From NCBI RefSeq assembly GCF_009914755.1, contig NC_060926.1: a stretch of 64,000 nucleotides of DNA, one strand, 5' to 3'. The stretch comes from the human T2T-CHM13v2.0 reference genome, Homo sapiens. The translations under genes and the position numbers were made by a program. The number at the start of each line of letters is the position of its first letter. Position 1 is the stretch's first letter. Below, one piece after another: positions 39,197 through 51,491 of this stretch. Under the pieces are notes generated by a model. That model was not told the origin of the DNA. It saw nothing but the letters and a program-made list of their open reading frames with translations, and did not search any database.

Positions 39197-40005
39197 ACAC
39201 ACACACACACACACACACACCATACACACATTATAAACACATACCACACACACACAACCCACACTACACATACCACACACACATATGGTATGTGGGGCCA
39301 GGGGCAAAATGATATGGTTCGGCTCTGTGTCCCCACCCAAATCTCATCTTGAATTGTACTCCCATAATTCCAACGTGTTGTGGGAGGGACCCAGTGGGAG
39401 ATAATTTGAGTCATGGGGGCAGTACAAACACATACCACACACACACCCCACACTACAAACACATACCACACATACACCCCACACTACAAATACACATCAC
39501 ACACACATCCCACACTACAAATACATACCACACACACACCCCATACACACACTACAAACACATACCACACACATACAACCCACACTACAAACACATACCA
39601 CACACATACCCCATACACACAACACACACACTATACACACACTGCCCAACCACAACAGATAAATACACCCCACACATACCATATCCACACTACACACACC
39701 ATACACATACTACATACAAACATACCAAGTATACCATGTACACACTGCACACAAATACATACCATATACATATTATACACAAACAACATACATGCAGTAT
39801 ACACACCACACACCTAATACACAAAGCACATGCAATACACACAGTACACACAAACACCACGAAAACGTATACACGTGACACACACACTATACACAAATAC
39901 ACACCAGTCACATACCACACACGTTACATATACATACTACACACACTGTAAACACCATACACACATAACATGCCACACACATGCTACCCTACACACGCAC
40001 ACACA
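39197..40005. repeat. CA-rich low-complexity / degenerate minisatellite array
   Basis: Repeated CACATACCACACAC and CACACTACAAA motifs; almost no G on the plus strand. Confidence 0.9.
39294..39423 (+). mobile_element. Displaced THE1 PPT plus first 114 bp of a 3' LTR
   Basis: GGGGCCAGGGGCAAAA|TGATATGG...TCATGGGGGCAGT; roughly 90% identical by eye to 37239-37350. Confidence 0.9.
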
Positions 40006-40429
40006 TCCCTCCCACCAACCAGGCAACAGTGGCTTTCTTTTTCACAAAATCTGACTGCGTTGACTGCAGCTCTTCATGCAAAGCAACCAGAATAGTACCT
40101 GGCAAGTGTGGCCTTCTCCTTCCCCACCTGGGCCCTGAACATACCTGGTCTGTAGCCAGGGTTGCCCTACCTCTCCACAGAGCAAGAACCTGAAGGGTTT
40201 AGGTGGAGAGTGAGTCGACAGCCACATTCAGGTAACTGGGAAGATACCCAGGAGCGGGCTGGCCACACTCGGGGATGGTTTGAGGGTGATATGCAGATGA
40301 CGCCACTCACCCCTGCAATGCTGCTTCACTCTTCAGAACCAGCACGGCCCAAACTGCTCAACAGTGTTTCATCCAAGCAAATGAGAGGCAGATTCCTTAA
40401 TAAAGAAACAAAACAAAAGAGACCCACGC

Positions 40430-40630
40430 ACTGAGAGTAGGAGGCTGGTTCTGACCTGACTCTGCCATGAACTCCCCGAATGACCTTGGACCAATCACTT
40501 GAGCTGCCCAGACCTCAGTTTACACTATATGTAAAAGAGGAATCGTTTTTCCCGGGGCCCTCTCACAGGATGGCTGTGATTACCCATGGAACAAGCAACA
40601 ACTAAGGGCTTGCAAAGTTAAAGTGCCAGA
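40430..40630 (+). mobile_element. MIR fragment
   Basis: CTCTGCCA...TGACCTTGGACCAATCACTT...CCTCAGTTT...TGTAAAA. Confidence 0.6.
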
Positions 40631-40891
40631 CAAAAAAGTCTCCCTGGTAGAGGTTGCAACTTCCTCAACCCCTGAGAGGTGACAAGGTAGATATCAGCAA
40701 TTGGACTTACCTCCCAATCTAAGTCCAGGCATATGGCTTCCCCAATGCCATAAAGGGAAAGACAGGAAATTACTTTTTCCCTGAGGGTGCTGAACTAGGC
40801 AGATAGCCAGCCTATTGTTATTCAATGTCAGAGTCAAAAATCCTGAGAGACCTCGATACCCCTCACAACAGTGTCAAAACTGGAACAATCT

Positions 40892-40893
<2 letters not shown>

Positions 40894-40922
<29 letters not shown>
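40894..40922. repeat. (CA)14 microsatellite
   Basis: Direct read. Confidence 0.9.
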
Positions 40923-40925
<3 letters not shown>

Positions 40926-41819
40926 CTTTCACTTTCATCATCCCCGGGCATCCCACTCAGGGCATAAAGCACGCCTGGGAACAAGAATCACAGGTTTCCT
41001 ACCTCGCTGGAGACTTCACAATGACCCAGGGCCCCTAAGAGTTCCAAATATAGTCCAGGCTCCCAGAGCCAAGGCAGTGACTGGCCAGAGCCTCCCCATT
41101 TAGGGGTACTGACCTGAGTGCCATCTACCCGTCAAAGTGCTTGAGCCACAACAACAACCCCTGAACGTGAGGCTGATTAAAGAGGGTTACGTGAACTGCC
41201 GAATTAAGCCGTCCAAAATTGGATAAAGTGATTGTGAAATCTGTTTTGAGTCAACCTATACATGTCTCATTGCAGGAAAATGTCTCGGTAAGAGTTCATG
41301 GAGAAAAAGTCTGGCAACTCATTGTTGGCTGACCTTCCTGGGCTCCTAATATTCAGTTCCCCAAAAGGCATCTTAGCCATGTAATTTCCAATATGGGAAC
41401 AATTTGAGTTGCAATTAGGCAAATCTCAGAAGGTTCTGCCACTGATTTGTTCATTCTCTCAATATTATTCTATAGGACACACTAAAATACTGCACCAGGT
41501 TCACGCAGAGGACAATTAGGACTGCTGCATGTCAGGTTACAGAGGCTGGGTAAACACATCCATGTCGCCATTCAGGAATGGTGTCGTTAGGCCTGCAGAG
41601 CTGGGCACAGGGCCCTCTGCCCCAAAGGACACCTACTAATGGCTCTGTGGGGGACAGAGGCTGTTAGCAACCCAGAGCTTTGGGCTGTGGTGATGGCAGG
41701 TCCAGAGCAAGTGGAGAGGGGGTCAGGGTAGCTAGCAGCCGGAATGCAACCCTGGAGATTGTAGATGAAGGAAAGCTAACAGACAACCCCTGGCAGTAAC
41801 ATTAGATTTTGTTAAAAGC

Positions 41820-42140
41820 TACATCTTTCACTGAGCACCTCCTCTGTGTCAGGCTCAAGCCAGGGCCCAGGGACACTGAGATGAAAAAGACATAGCTCTT
41901 GACCTCAAGAAGCCCAGTGGGAGGGCATATCAGCAAGCCCAATTATGATAAAAGATAAATTACAATCAAGATACTATTTTCAAAAGTGCCAAGAAAGCAC
42001 AGAAAAGGAAGAGTTTGATTCGCCTGCAGTGTAAGAATAAGCTTCCCATCGAAGGGCATATTTGAGCAAGCCTTGATGCATGGCTAAGAGTAGGGCAGGT
42101 AGAGAGGAGAGAAATGGCCATTTTAGAGGAGAATGCTTGG
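41820..42140 (-). mobile_element. L2 fragment
   Basis: CACTGAGCACCTCCTCTGTGTCAGGC...GGGACACTGAGATGAA...CCTCAAGAAGC. Confidence 0.6.
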
Positions 42141-43776
42141 TTGGGATGAGTTGGCACTTTCTGAGCCATGAGTGCCTCCCAAGGACTGAGTCATGTTCCT
42201 CTTTTTCAGTAAGCAAAAACTGCTAGTCTTCAGTTTATCTCAGGCCTGCCTCCAGGGAGAAGAAACTGTCATTCCAGTCCCCTTTGAGGCATATTTGGGT
42301 TTCCCCGGACTCCTGTTATGATTTGCTCTTTGTCCCCAGGTGGCTAGTTTACTCCCAGCGAAGAGGAATGTCTGGATTCTCCTCTAAGCCCTTTGCACAA
42401 AGTGCAGAAGCTGTCTCATCCCTTCCTGACCAAGCACATGACTCCGACCAGATTCTGCTAGAATTCAAGCATAGGTGAGGGCAAAGCCAGCCTTGACTGG
42501 GGACCTGCAGAGCAAGGCCTGAGTCAGGTTTATCTTTGTTTTTCCTTTGCCCCCACACCTACTCAGGCCCAGCTCTCAGGATCAAGTGTGTGGGTGAGTG
42601 AAGAAGCCCAAGTCAATAGCCGGGCAGTGCCTGGATGGTTAAGGGAGCACTCAAATCTCAACCTTGGGATCTGGTTAAGGGGCCGAATCACAAGCAGGAG
42701 AGAGGGGAAAAATGGGGCAATTAGTCTCAGGAACGAAAGGCAGAGGTAAGTTGTGTCAGGGCCACGTGTGGAGTGAGATTCAGGGACCATATAGGTCTGG
42801 AAGCCAGGAAGGAGAGTGGGTCGCCACCGGGCAAACCCAGCTTCCCAGAGCAAGAGAACCTTAGGAAGCATGCAGGGCGACTGCGGAGGCAGAATCAACA
42901 ACTCAGCATGGCTCCGCGTGGTGGGCATCCTGCTAAAAACCACCTTCCGATCACAGTGGGAGTCGATTTGCACTTTGTAAACAGAGTTCCCTTCCCTGAC
43001 ACAGGAGTACCCCTTCCTCCATGAATTTCCTTTGGCATCTTCCTGCAGGTGACATGGATAGGCAGCTGCCACTTTCCACCCACGAAGAAACCCTGAGGAT
43101 GAAAACTACCCAGGAACACTGCATGACAACTGCAGCAGCCCCGCACTCTATCCCTGGGCCTCTTGCTCAACTGAGAAAAATAAGCCCTATTTGTTTAAAC
43201 CAACTATTCCACTTTTTCTTTTCAAGCAGCCAAATTCACTCCCTGATACACCTGACACTGGGCAGGTACTTGGTAAATGCGCATGGATGCTCCTGAGTCA
43301 TCAGATAGCAGGAAAGATGCAGATGATCCCTGTGGATGAAATGCCTTGCCTTGGCTTCCAGCTGCGTGATGCTGTTCAAACTTCAAATCAGCCCCACAGA
43401 CACCCCTTCTCCTCTCTTTCTCCTTCACACACACATCTCCTTTGAGTGCAGAGAGGCTACCGTTCCTGCAACAGAATCTGCCTTCCAATCGCAAGGTCAC
43501 TCATCAAGGTGCTGCTTAAGCTGGGATTATTTCTTAATGATGTTCTAGGAGGGACAAAGCAGGAGCTCTCACCTATAAGTCCCGGAGCCAGGCCCTTCAT
43601 GCGTCCCCGTCCCAGTCTCCTCATCTGGTAAATAGGGGTTAAAATTATTCCACAAGTCATAGATGGGGTAAAAAATGCTCCTTTTGGAAGTAAGAGTTTA
43701 TTTCTGTCATGGTTAGTATTTTCTCATTTGTTTCTGGCTGAATGAAAGGTCTGCTGCTTCTTAATGATACTCCTGG

Positions 43777-44084
<308 letters not shown>

Positions 44085-45832
44085 TTAAGGATACTCCCAG
44101 ATCATAAAATTATTCTGCCAAGATGCTTGTGGCTTCGCTTAGGGATACAGCTACCCCAAAGCAGACAGTCGCTTGTCCAGTATCTCCTGAGCCACTACCA
44201 ACACATAAGCCCAACCCCATCCGGACAGTAACCAGACCTGTGCCTTCCTAACCCAAATACAGGCTCTAAGGGTTGGCTGGGGGTGAGGATAGGAGCCTGA
44301 GCCTTCTTGCAGGTCTCACTGCCCAGTGCCCCAGCCCTCCAAGGTCTCCCCTTGACAGGCCTAAAAATGAAAACGCCTAATCCTACACAGGGTACAAGAC
44401 ACATCACAAGCCACGCAGATGTCACTGGCCATTTTAAAAAGCCCATGCTGGACATGGCTGTACCCAGAGAGCCTAAGGACTCCAAGAAATACCACTGGGG
44501 ACTGATCACATTTGATTCTCTCAGTGACCCACTGACCCTAAGTACAGTGTCCAGTGTCTATACTGGTGCCTAGAGTTGGGCTGTCCTGCCTCCAAGGAGG
44601 CCTGCTCAGCGGGTGGGTCAGTATGTAAATAACTGGGCACAGAAAGAGCCTGAAAGTCAGGCCCACCCATGCTGGGGGAAAGGCCCAGAGCAGGGAGAAA
44701 CACTTTTTCCAGGAAATCAGGAAAGCCATCATGAAGATTTCCCCAGCACGGGTCATTCTGAAGGAGGCAACAGCATGAGCAAGGGTGGGAAGCAGGAAAA
44801 CAAGCAGCATCAACAAGGAATGGAGGGCTCAGTCCCAGAACACCTGGTGCTGATGGGGAGCAAGGAGAGTGGGGTAGGAAGGCAGGCTGGGGGCCAGGGA
44901 GGGCCAGAAGTTGGGCTTTGTCAGGAGGATGTCAGATGACATTGATGCATGGGGGGTATGACAAAGGTGGTCCTTGAGAAGATGGATCTGGTAGAGGATA
45001 GAGAGGGAGGGTGAAAGCAGGGAGCAGGGAGAGCTTTGGGGTGGCCCTGGTGGGCTCTGAGCTAGGATGCTGACAGCAGAAACAGATGGGAGAGAGGTCT
45101 TACGGTGGGAGAATTGGTCAGCCAGAGCTGCACTCTGAAAACAGGGAGTGGCAAAGAGAATACCCAGCATTTGGTTTGGGTGCCTAAGAGCATAGTGGTT
45201 CAATGAAAAACCTCAGGAACTAAAGAAAATAGCAAGTTAGAGAGAAGATGGTGAGCGGTGCAGAGGGAGCATCCCCTCCTACCGCACCACACTTTCCCGA
45301 GTGTACAGACCATACTCTCCTCCCTGTTGGAGCTATTTGAGACCACATCCGTCCCCACTCCAGGTGTCATGCAGAGCTTCCCCCATCCCTCAACTCTGGT
45401 CCAATGCCTGTTACAGCCTTTGACAGGCCGTTGATTCAGGGATGTTTGGTCATTCATGGGTTGAGATCCATGAAGTCACTTTAAAGGACAACACAAATGT
45501 GTCCCTGCCTCTGGTGACCGGAGCCCAGCACTGTCTCGACGGGAGATAATGAGACCGTCCCTTGATAGCAGGTGTCACTTAGCTCCATGGAATCAACCTC
45601 TTCTTGCTTCAATGTCACTGCCAGGTGGAGGAGAGCCATATCTGAGCATCTGTTTGTTTACAGGCATTGGCCATGGGGATTCCCTTTTGGCCAAGAACCA
45701 GAGTCCCATACCATGATGATTTCCAGCTTCTTTTCCATTGATTAACAAGCCGCAGGGGGGGTGTCACAATAAAAACCAATGCTACCACAGACCCATTAAT
45801 TGTAGCTCCTTCTAAGCCCAATCAGCTGCAGG

Positions 45833-45944
45833 TAGGGTGACCAACCATCCCAATTTGCCTGGGAGTCTCCAGTTTTAGCACCAAAAGTCACACACCGCAG
45901 GAAAGTCCTCAATCCCAAGCGAATGTGAACAGCTGGTCACCCTA
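45833..45944 (+). mobile_element. MER81 (hAT-Blackjack MITE)
   Basis: TIRs TAGGGTGACCA...TGGTCACCCTA with 8-bp TSD GCTGCAGG / GCTGCAGA. Confidence 0.9.
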
Positions 45945-46460
45945 GCTGCAGAAGAGCTCTCTGATGTCCAGACAGGAGCAACCCTGAGGAGTTTCTTGGT
46001 TTGTGTTCCCAGCTGCTGTGGGAACACAGGCAGACAGCCAGCAGAGGCACTGCCCCGGGGCCGCCGAGTCTCCCCACCACAGACTCAGGCCCTCCGTAGC
46101 CTCTTCAGAGGCTACAATGCCCTGTCCTTTGCCTCCACCCCCTGTGAGATTAAGCCCATCCTCAGAGGCCCGCCAGAAGGCTGGGCACACAACATGTGCT
46201 CTGTAAGGAATGGTCAATTGTCTTAGGAAGTCTGTCCCTCTGCCTCTCCGATCTTCGCTTTTCTCCTCTCAGGGAAAGGCTGAATGGATTCATGTGGGCA
46301 CTTGATTCTACCGGAATGCCACAACCAAGAATTAATTCCCAGGACAAATTCAGGTTCCTATTGCTGATTTATTGACACTCTATCCATCCAAATCCAGTTT
46401 GGTAAACCATTTAATCATGAGGTTTGTATATGAGAGTTTCCTAATGAGACATTTTACACC

Positions 46461-46787
46461 TTTTTTTGTTTGTTTTTTTTTTTTTGAGATGGAGTCTCGC
46501 TCTGTCACCCAGGTTAGAGTGCAGTGGGGCATGATCTTATCTCACTGCAACCTCCACCTCCTGGGTTCAAGTGATTCTCCTGCCTCAGCTTACCATAACT
46601 GGGATTACAGGCACCCACCACCAAGCCCAGCTAATTTTTTGTATTTTTAGTAGAGACAGGGTTTCACCGTGTTAGCCAGGATGGTCTCAATCTCCTGACC
46701 TCGTGATCAGATCTTCTGACCTCATGATCTGCCCACCGCAGCCTCCCAAAGTGCTGGCATTACAGGCGTGAGCCACTGCACCCAGAC
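46461..46787 (-). mobile_element. Alu (AluSc-like), antisense, with an internal 21-bp duplication
   Basis: Poly(T) head, GTTAGCCAGGATGGTCTC, duplicated ATCTCCTGACCTCGTGATC. Confidence 0.93.
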
Positions 46788-46984
46788 TTTACATCTGTTT
46801 TCTAAGAAAAGAAGCCATATGTTTCCAAGAGCAAACTGACTTGGTACCCTCAATAATGGAGTCCTGCTAAGGGGACTTCTAGGGAAAGGAGAGTCCTCTT
46901 TATCCTGTAAGGAGTGGAAAAGTGAGAGGCACGCAAAAGGCTAGATGCTGCACCACGGGGACATGCAGACTCACCTGCTTTGTG

Positions 46985-47570
46985 TTTTTAATAAATGTTT
47001 TTATTTTGAGATAACTTTAAACTTACAGAAAAAGCGCAAAGGTAGTACATGGAGTTTGCCAATGTTCCCTGTTGTTAATATTCTTACATTTCCACAATAT
47101 ATTCATCAAAACTAAGAAACCAGCATTTCCACAATATATTCATCAAAACTAAGAAACCAGCATTGATTGGCTACAATTAGCTTTTTTTTCCTTCAGATTT
47201 CACCAGTTTTTCCAACGTCCCTTTTCTGTTCCAGGATCCAATTCAGGTTTCACCTTGCAAAAAAGCCTTGTGTCTTCTTAAGTTCCTCTGGTCTGTAACA
47301 GTTTCCCAGACTTTCCTTGCTCTTTATGTCCTTGAGAGTTTTGGGACACCCTGGTCAGATATTTTGTAGCACACCCCTCAGTTTGGGCTTGTCTGATGTT
47401 TATCTCATGATTAGACTGATGCTATGGGTTTTGGAGAAAAAATATAATGGAAGTGAAGTGCTTTCCTCTCCACAGCCAATGAGGCTACACGCTGTCAACA
47501 CGACTTACCTCTCACGATGTGAACTTGGTCCCCTAGCCAAGGTAGTGTCTGCCAGTTTCTCCACCATGGA
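46985..47570 (-). mobile_element. L1MC/L1MD 3' end, antisense
   Basis: TTTATTTTGAGATAAC..ACTTACAGAAAA...TTCTGTTCCAGGATCCAAT...GGTCAGATATTTTGTAG...TCTCATGATTAGACTG. Confidence 0.8.
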
Positions 47571-47847
47571 ACAGAGCAGGATTTTTCAAATGTCTGCCTT
47601 TCCAAACCTTATTGGGGAAAGCAGCAACAATAGCTTCTATGTTCATCCAACTCTCTGGCCGTGACTACTTGTCCAGGGGTGACAAGCATTTGTACAAGTT
47701 CCCCCATGACCAGGCTAGAAATCTGATCAACCTCACACAGAACCTAAAGTGGTCCCACTCCATCAGGAATTGTATAACAACAGAAGGTAGCCCTGGTCCA
47801 AGAGAAAACTGCAGTCCTTAGACTGATGTCCTCAAAGAAAGCCTATA

Positions 47848-48088
47848 CAGTTGACCCGTGAACAACATGGGTTTGAACTGTGTGGTTCCACTTACATGTG
47901 GAATTTTCTTCAACCAAACACAGATTGAAAATAAGAGTATTCACAGGATATGAAACCTGCATATACAAAGGGCCAATTTTTTTGTATATGGAGGTTCCAT
48001 AGGGCCAACGGAGAGACTTGAGTATATGTGGATTTGGGTATACTCCAGGGTCCTGGAATCAGTCCTTGAGTATACCAAGGGACAACTG
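47848..48088 (-). mobile_element. MER8 (Tigger2-derived TcMar MITE)
   Basis: TA|CAGTTGACCC...GGGACAACTG|TA termini with TA TSD; body matches recalled MER8. Confidence 0.85.
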
Positions 48089-48123
48089 TAGTTGCAAGAA
48101 AAAAAAATATGTATATTTACATT

Positions 48124-48502
48124 TGTATTAGTCCATTTTGACACTGCTATAAAGAACTTCCCTAAGACTAGGTAATTTATAAAGGAAAGAGGTTTTATTG
48201 ACTCACAGTTCCACATGGCTGGGGAGGCCTCAGGAAACTTACGATCATGGCAAAAAGGGAAGCAGTCACCTTCTTCACAAGGTGGCAGGAGAGGGAAGAA
48301 CAAAGGAGGGACTTCCAAACGCTTATAAAACCATCAGATCTTGTGAGAACTCACTCACTATCACAAGAACAGCACGGAGTAACCACCCCCATGACACATA
48401 ACCAATCCCTTGACACATGGGGATTACGGGTCCCTTCTTTGACACGTGGAAATTACAATTTGAGATAAGATTTAGGTGGGGACACAGAGCCAAACCATAT
48501 CA
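48124..48502 (-). mobile_element. THE1D solo LTR
   Basis: TGTATTAGTCC...CCAAACCATATCA; 5-bp TSD ACATT / ACAAT. Confidence 0.88.
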
Positions 48503-49009
48503 ACAATCATGACTATTACGTTGCTCTGAGAACATGAATCTTCTCTAGCCTTAGTAAATGTCGGTTGAATTGAACTGGGTAGATCCAGTTCCTTCTACTC
48601 TCTTGCTGTGCCTCTCTCCTCTTTATTTCCCTCTCTTTTGCTTTTTGTTCCCTGTCTTGGTCCTTTAAGTGGTTATTACAGAATACAGTGTAATTTTTAA
48701 TTATTATGCTTCTTAAAAAAGAGTTATGTCTCTGCTCTCCTTTATTTATGAAACAGAAAGTTGGGAGAGTTTCACTTCCATCTCCAAAAGAAATGGCTAG
48801 GATTGCTCTACGCATATGTGATTACTGGTGTTTGTTTTCTGGAACCGGCAGTGGGAACACACTTTCTAATATGTGATCTGGTGAGTGACAGAGTATTTGA
48901 CACCAGGGTTGTTGGGTCACCACATCCAAACCTTACTCCAGTAGGGAACGGGACATTAGAAATAACTTCCTGCTGCTTCTGAGTTTATCTTGGGAGGAAA
49001 TTTCAAGTG

Positions 49010-49190
49010 TTGTCGCTTAAAATTGGAGATGACCTCAGTTCTCATCTAGTCCAACTACCTTGCTCTACAGATGGGGAAATCTAAAACCTGTTGATAAGAG
49101 GAGGCTCGTACAAGGTCACTTTGCAAGTGAGTGGCTGTGGAACAAGAGCCCAGCAGCTTGGATTCCCACTGTAGTGATCTTTCTACTATA
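49010..49190 (-). mobile_element. MIR3-like fragment
   Basis: TCATCTAGTCCAAC...ACAGATGGGGAAATC...CAAGGTCAC. Confidence 0.55.
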
Positions 49191-49786
49191 TCAGGGTTAT
49201 TTCACGAAGAAAACAACTACCTTTCCCCACACAGCTGTTTATAAGTAAGTTAGGGCATAAAAAAATCCCACACAGGCCCTTTTCCTATACAAAGTGTGCT
49301 ATGAACGCTTTCTAATTTAATCAAAATGCACCTCAGAGTTTAACCAAACTAAACAGAACCCAGGTTGGAATCAGCACCACTTTGACCATCATACCCAGAC
49401 CCTGGCTCCACCCACTCCTCACATAGCCCAAGCCCAGGTTAAGGCACTCAGACATGAGCCTGGACTCCATAAGATAAACCTTACACTTCGGGGTTATTGC
49501 TCAGTAATGTGACTGTTCTTGATGTGGGAATCCAAATGACTTGGCTGCAGAGATTTTATAGGCCTGGGAATGAAGGGGCTGCCAGCCGCCGACTTAGCTC
49601 CACATCAAGCAGCCCACCAAGGTGTTGGAACTAGGAGCAGGGTCAGCAGCAAAGGTGGCCTCTCAGGGATTACACAGGTTCTGGAAGTCCTTCAGGAAAC
49701 TGAAGCTAAGGGGTTCTCCTGCCAGTCTCCAGATATCCAGCACATCTGTCTGTCCTATCAGCTTTTCTGCTATTTCCTGTACTCAC

Positions 49787-49897
49787 CCAAATATGATGGA
49801 AGAGGAGGAATCTAGAAAAGACCCAGAGAAAAGTAATAAAGCCTGAGAATGGCTCTGGCCAGCTGTGTGGACGGTTACACTCCAGCATGCGGCAAGC
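49787..49897 (-). other. Candidate spliced exon (111 nt)
   Basis: Minus-strand acceptor cttgtcctgcatgttctcctccag| and donor TGG|gtgagt. Confidence 0.35.
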
Positions 49898-50338
49898 CTG
49901 GAGGAGAACATGCAGGACAAGGGCTGAGGCTCTGCTCCAGACACCCTATGCTGGGAGGTGTCTGTGGCCACCACTGAGTTATATGCTGTCACTACACCGC
50001 ATAAGAAACAATGAAGATGCCAATGTCATTGTCAATAACTCTGAATACATTCCACCCACATCACCAGTTGGGTTTGGCTGACTTATCCTCTTAAGAGATT
50101 GCCCAGAGTCACTCACTGAAGATGCCATTCAGGTATTGCTATGGTAGAAACTCCAACGCAGGTGGACCTAGCTGATCATGTGAGCCCAACCTCAGTGTCC
50201 AGGCAAGGATTCCTTGATGTTGAGTCTGGCAGGCCCCCTGTGTAATTTGTACTCTAGGTCCCAACAGATAGTGAAGTCACCTTAGATCGCAACAGCATCT
50301 AAGGGATATCAAACAAATTGTTATTTTAAAACCTAGGC

Positions 50339-50635
<297 letters not shown>

Positions 50636-51454
50636 CTAGGCTCTCAAATAAAAGCCCAAAGACTCTCCATTGCCATTACAAATTTCATATACACTCATTA
50701 GTAAAACTCTCTACAGTCTTAGCTCAACCCACTTTTTCATACGCTGGAGACCCGCTTGCTCCCCAGCATATACACTGTACTACAGCCCCATCAGACTTTC
50801 TTCCTAGTCCTTTTACCAGGAATTCTCTTCCTCCATCAAAGCCATCTCCCTTTGCCTTTTGCTGAGCTCTTATTCATCCTCCAAACCCATCAAAAGCTTC
50901 CTCCAAGAAGTCTTTTTCATCATCTCTGGACTATCTTCTCTGCAAAACACCCAAAGAATTTCTTTTGTATCTATTTTATGGTTCTGATGCTCATAAACAT
51001 CAAATTGTATTAGCATCAGCAATTTCCCTAAATAGGAACTAAGCTCCCGCTTCCAGCCATATATATAGAAAGCAAAACAGAAAGATCTGAGTCCTCAAGA
51101 CCCCAGGGATAAAAGACTTTCACACTCTCTTCTATTCACACAATTATAATTCAGCTTCATTTTTTTGTCTTAATAAAAAGCATTTGCAATGTTGCTAATG
51201 TTCCTCCGGGCCTGTAAACATTTTTACTCCAAACACGTCAGCTGCAAAATGTTGGAGCCCCACTCAGAGAAAGAACAAGAAATCCAGATTCGCTTCTAGC
51301 CAACAGCCAGGGTGGGAGTTGAGACCCCACTCTGAGCAAGCTGCCCAGCACCTGGGTGGGCATGTGCAATCCAATACAGGCAGACCCCAACTAGTAAAAT
51401 GAGGGGGGGAAGAGAGGATGTTTTTGTTCTTTTAGAAAAGGGCCCCCAATGGTA

Positions 51455-51491
51455 TATATAAAGCCCCACGAAATATTTCACAGCTCACATC
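51455..51491 (+). promoter_or_regulatory. Candidate TATA + initiator core promoter
   Basis: TATATAAA 51455-51462; Inr-consensus TCACATC with A at 51487 (30-32 nt spacing); CCAAT at 51371. Confidence 0.35.

Noticed and set aside
37968-39312. ORFs of 112-187 aa
   Set aside because: They lie in or start in THE1-int and run into unrelated sequence; typical MaLR remnants
39349-39951. Longest ORF (200 aa, His/Thr/Tyr-rich)
   Set aside because: Translation artefact of the G-poor CA array, which rarely forms stop codons; the start lies inside a THE1 LTR fragment
42340-42474. Plus-strand 135-nt exon-like segment
   Set aside because: Good acceptor but weak TAG|gtgagg donor and no recognisable protein
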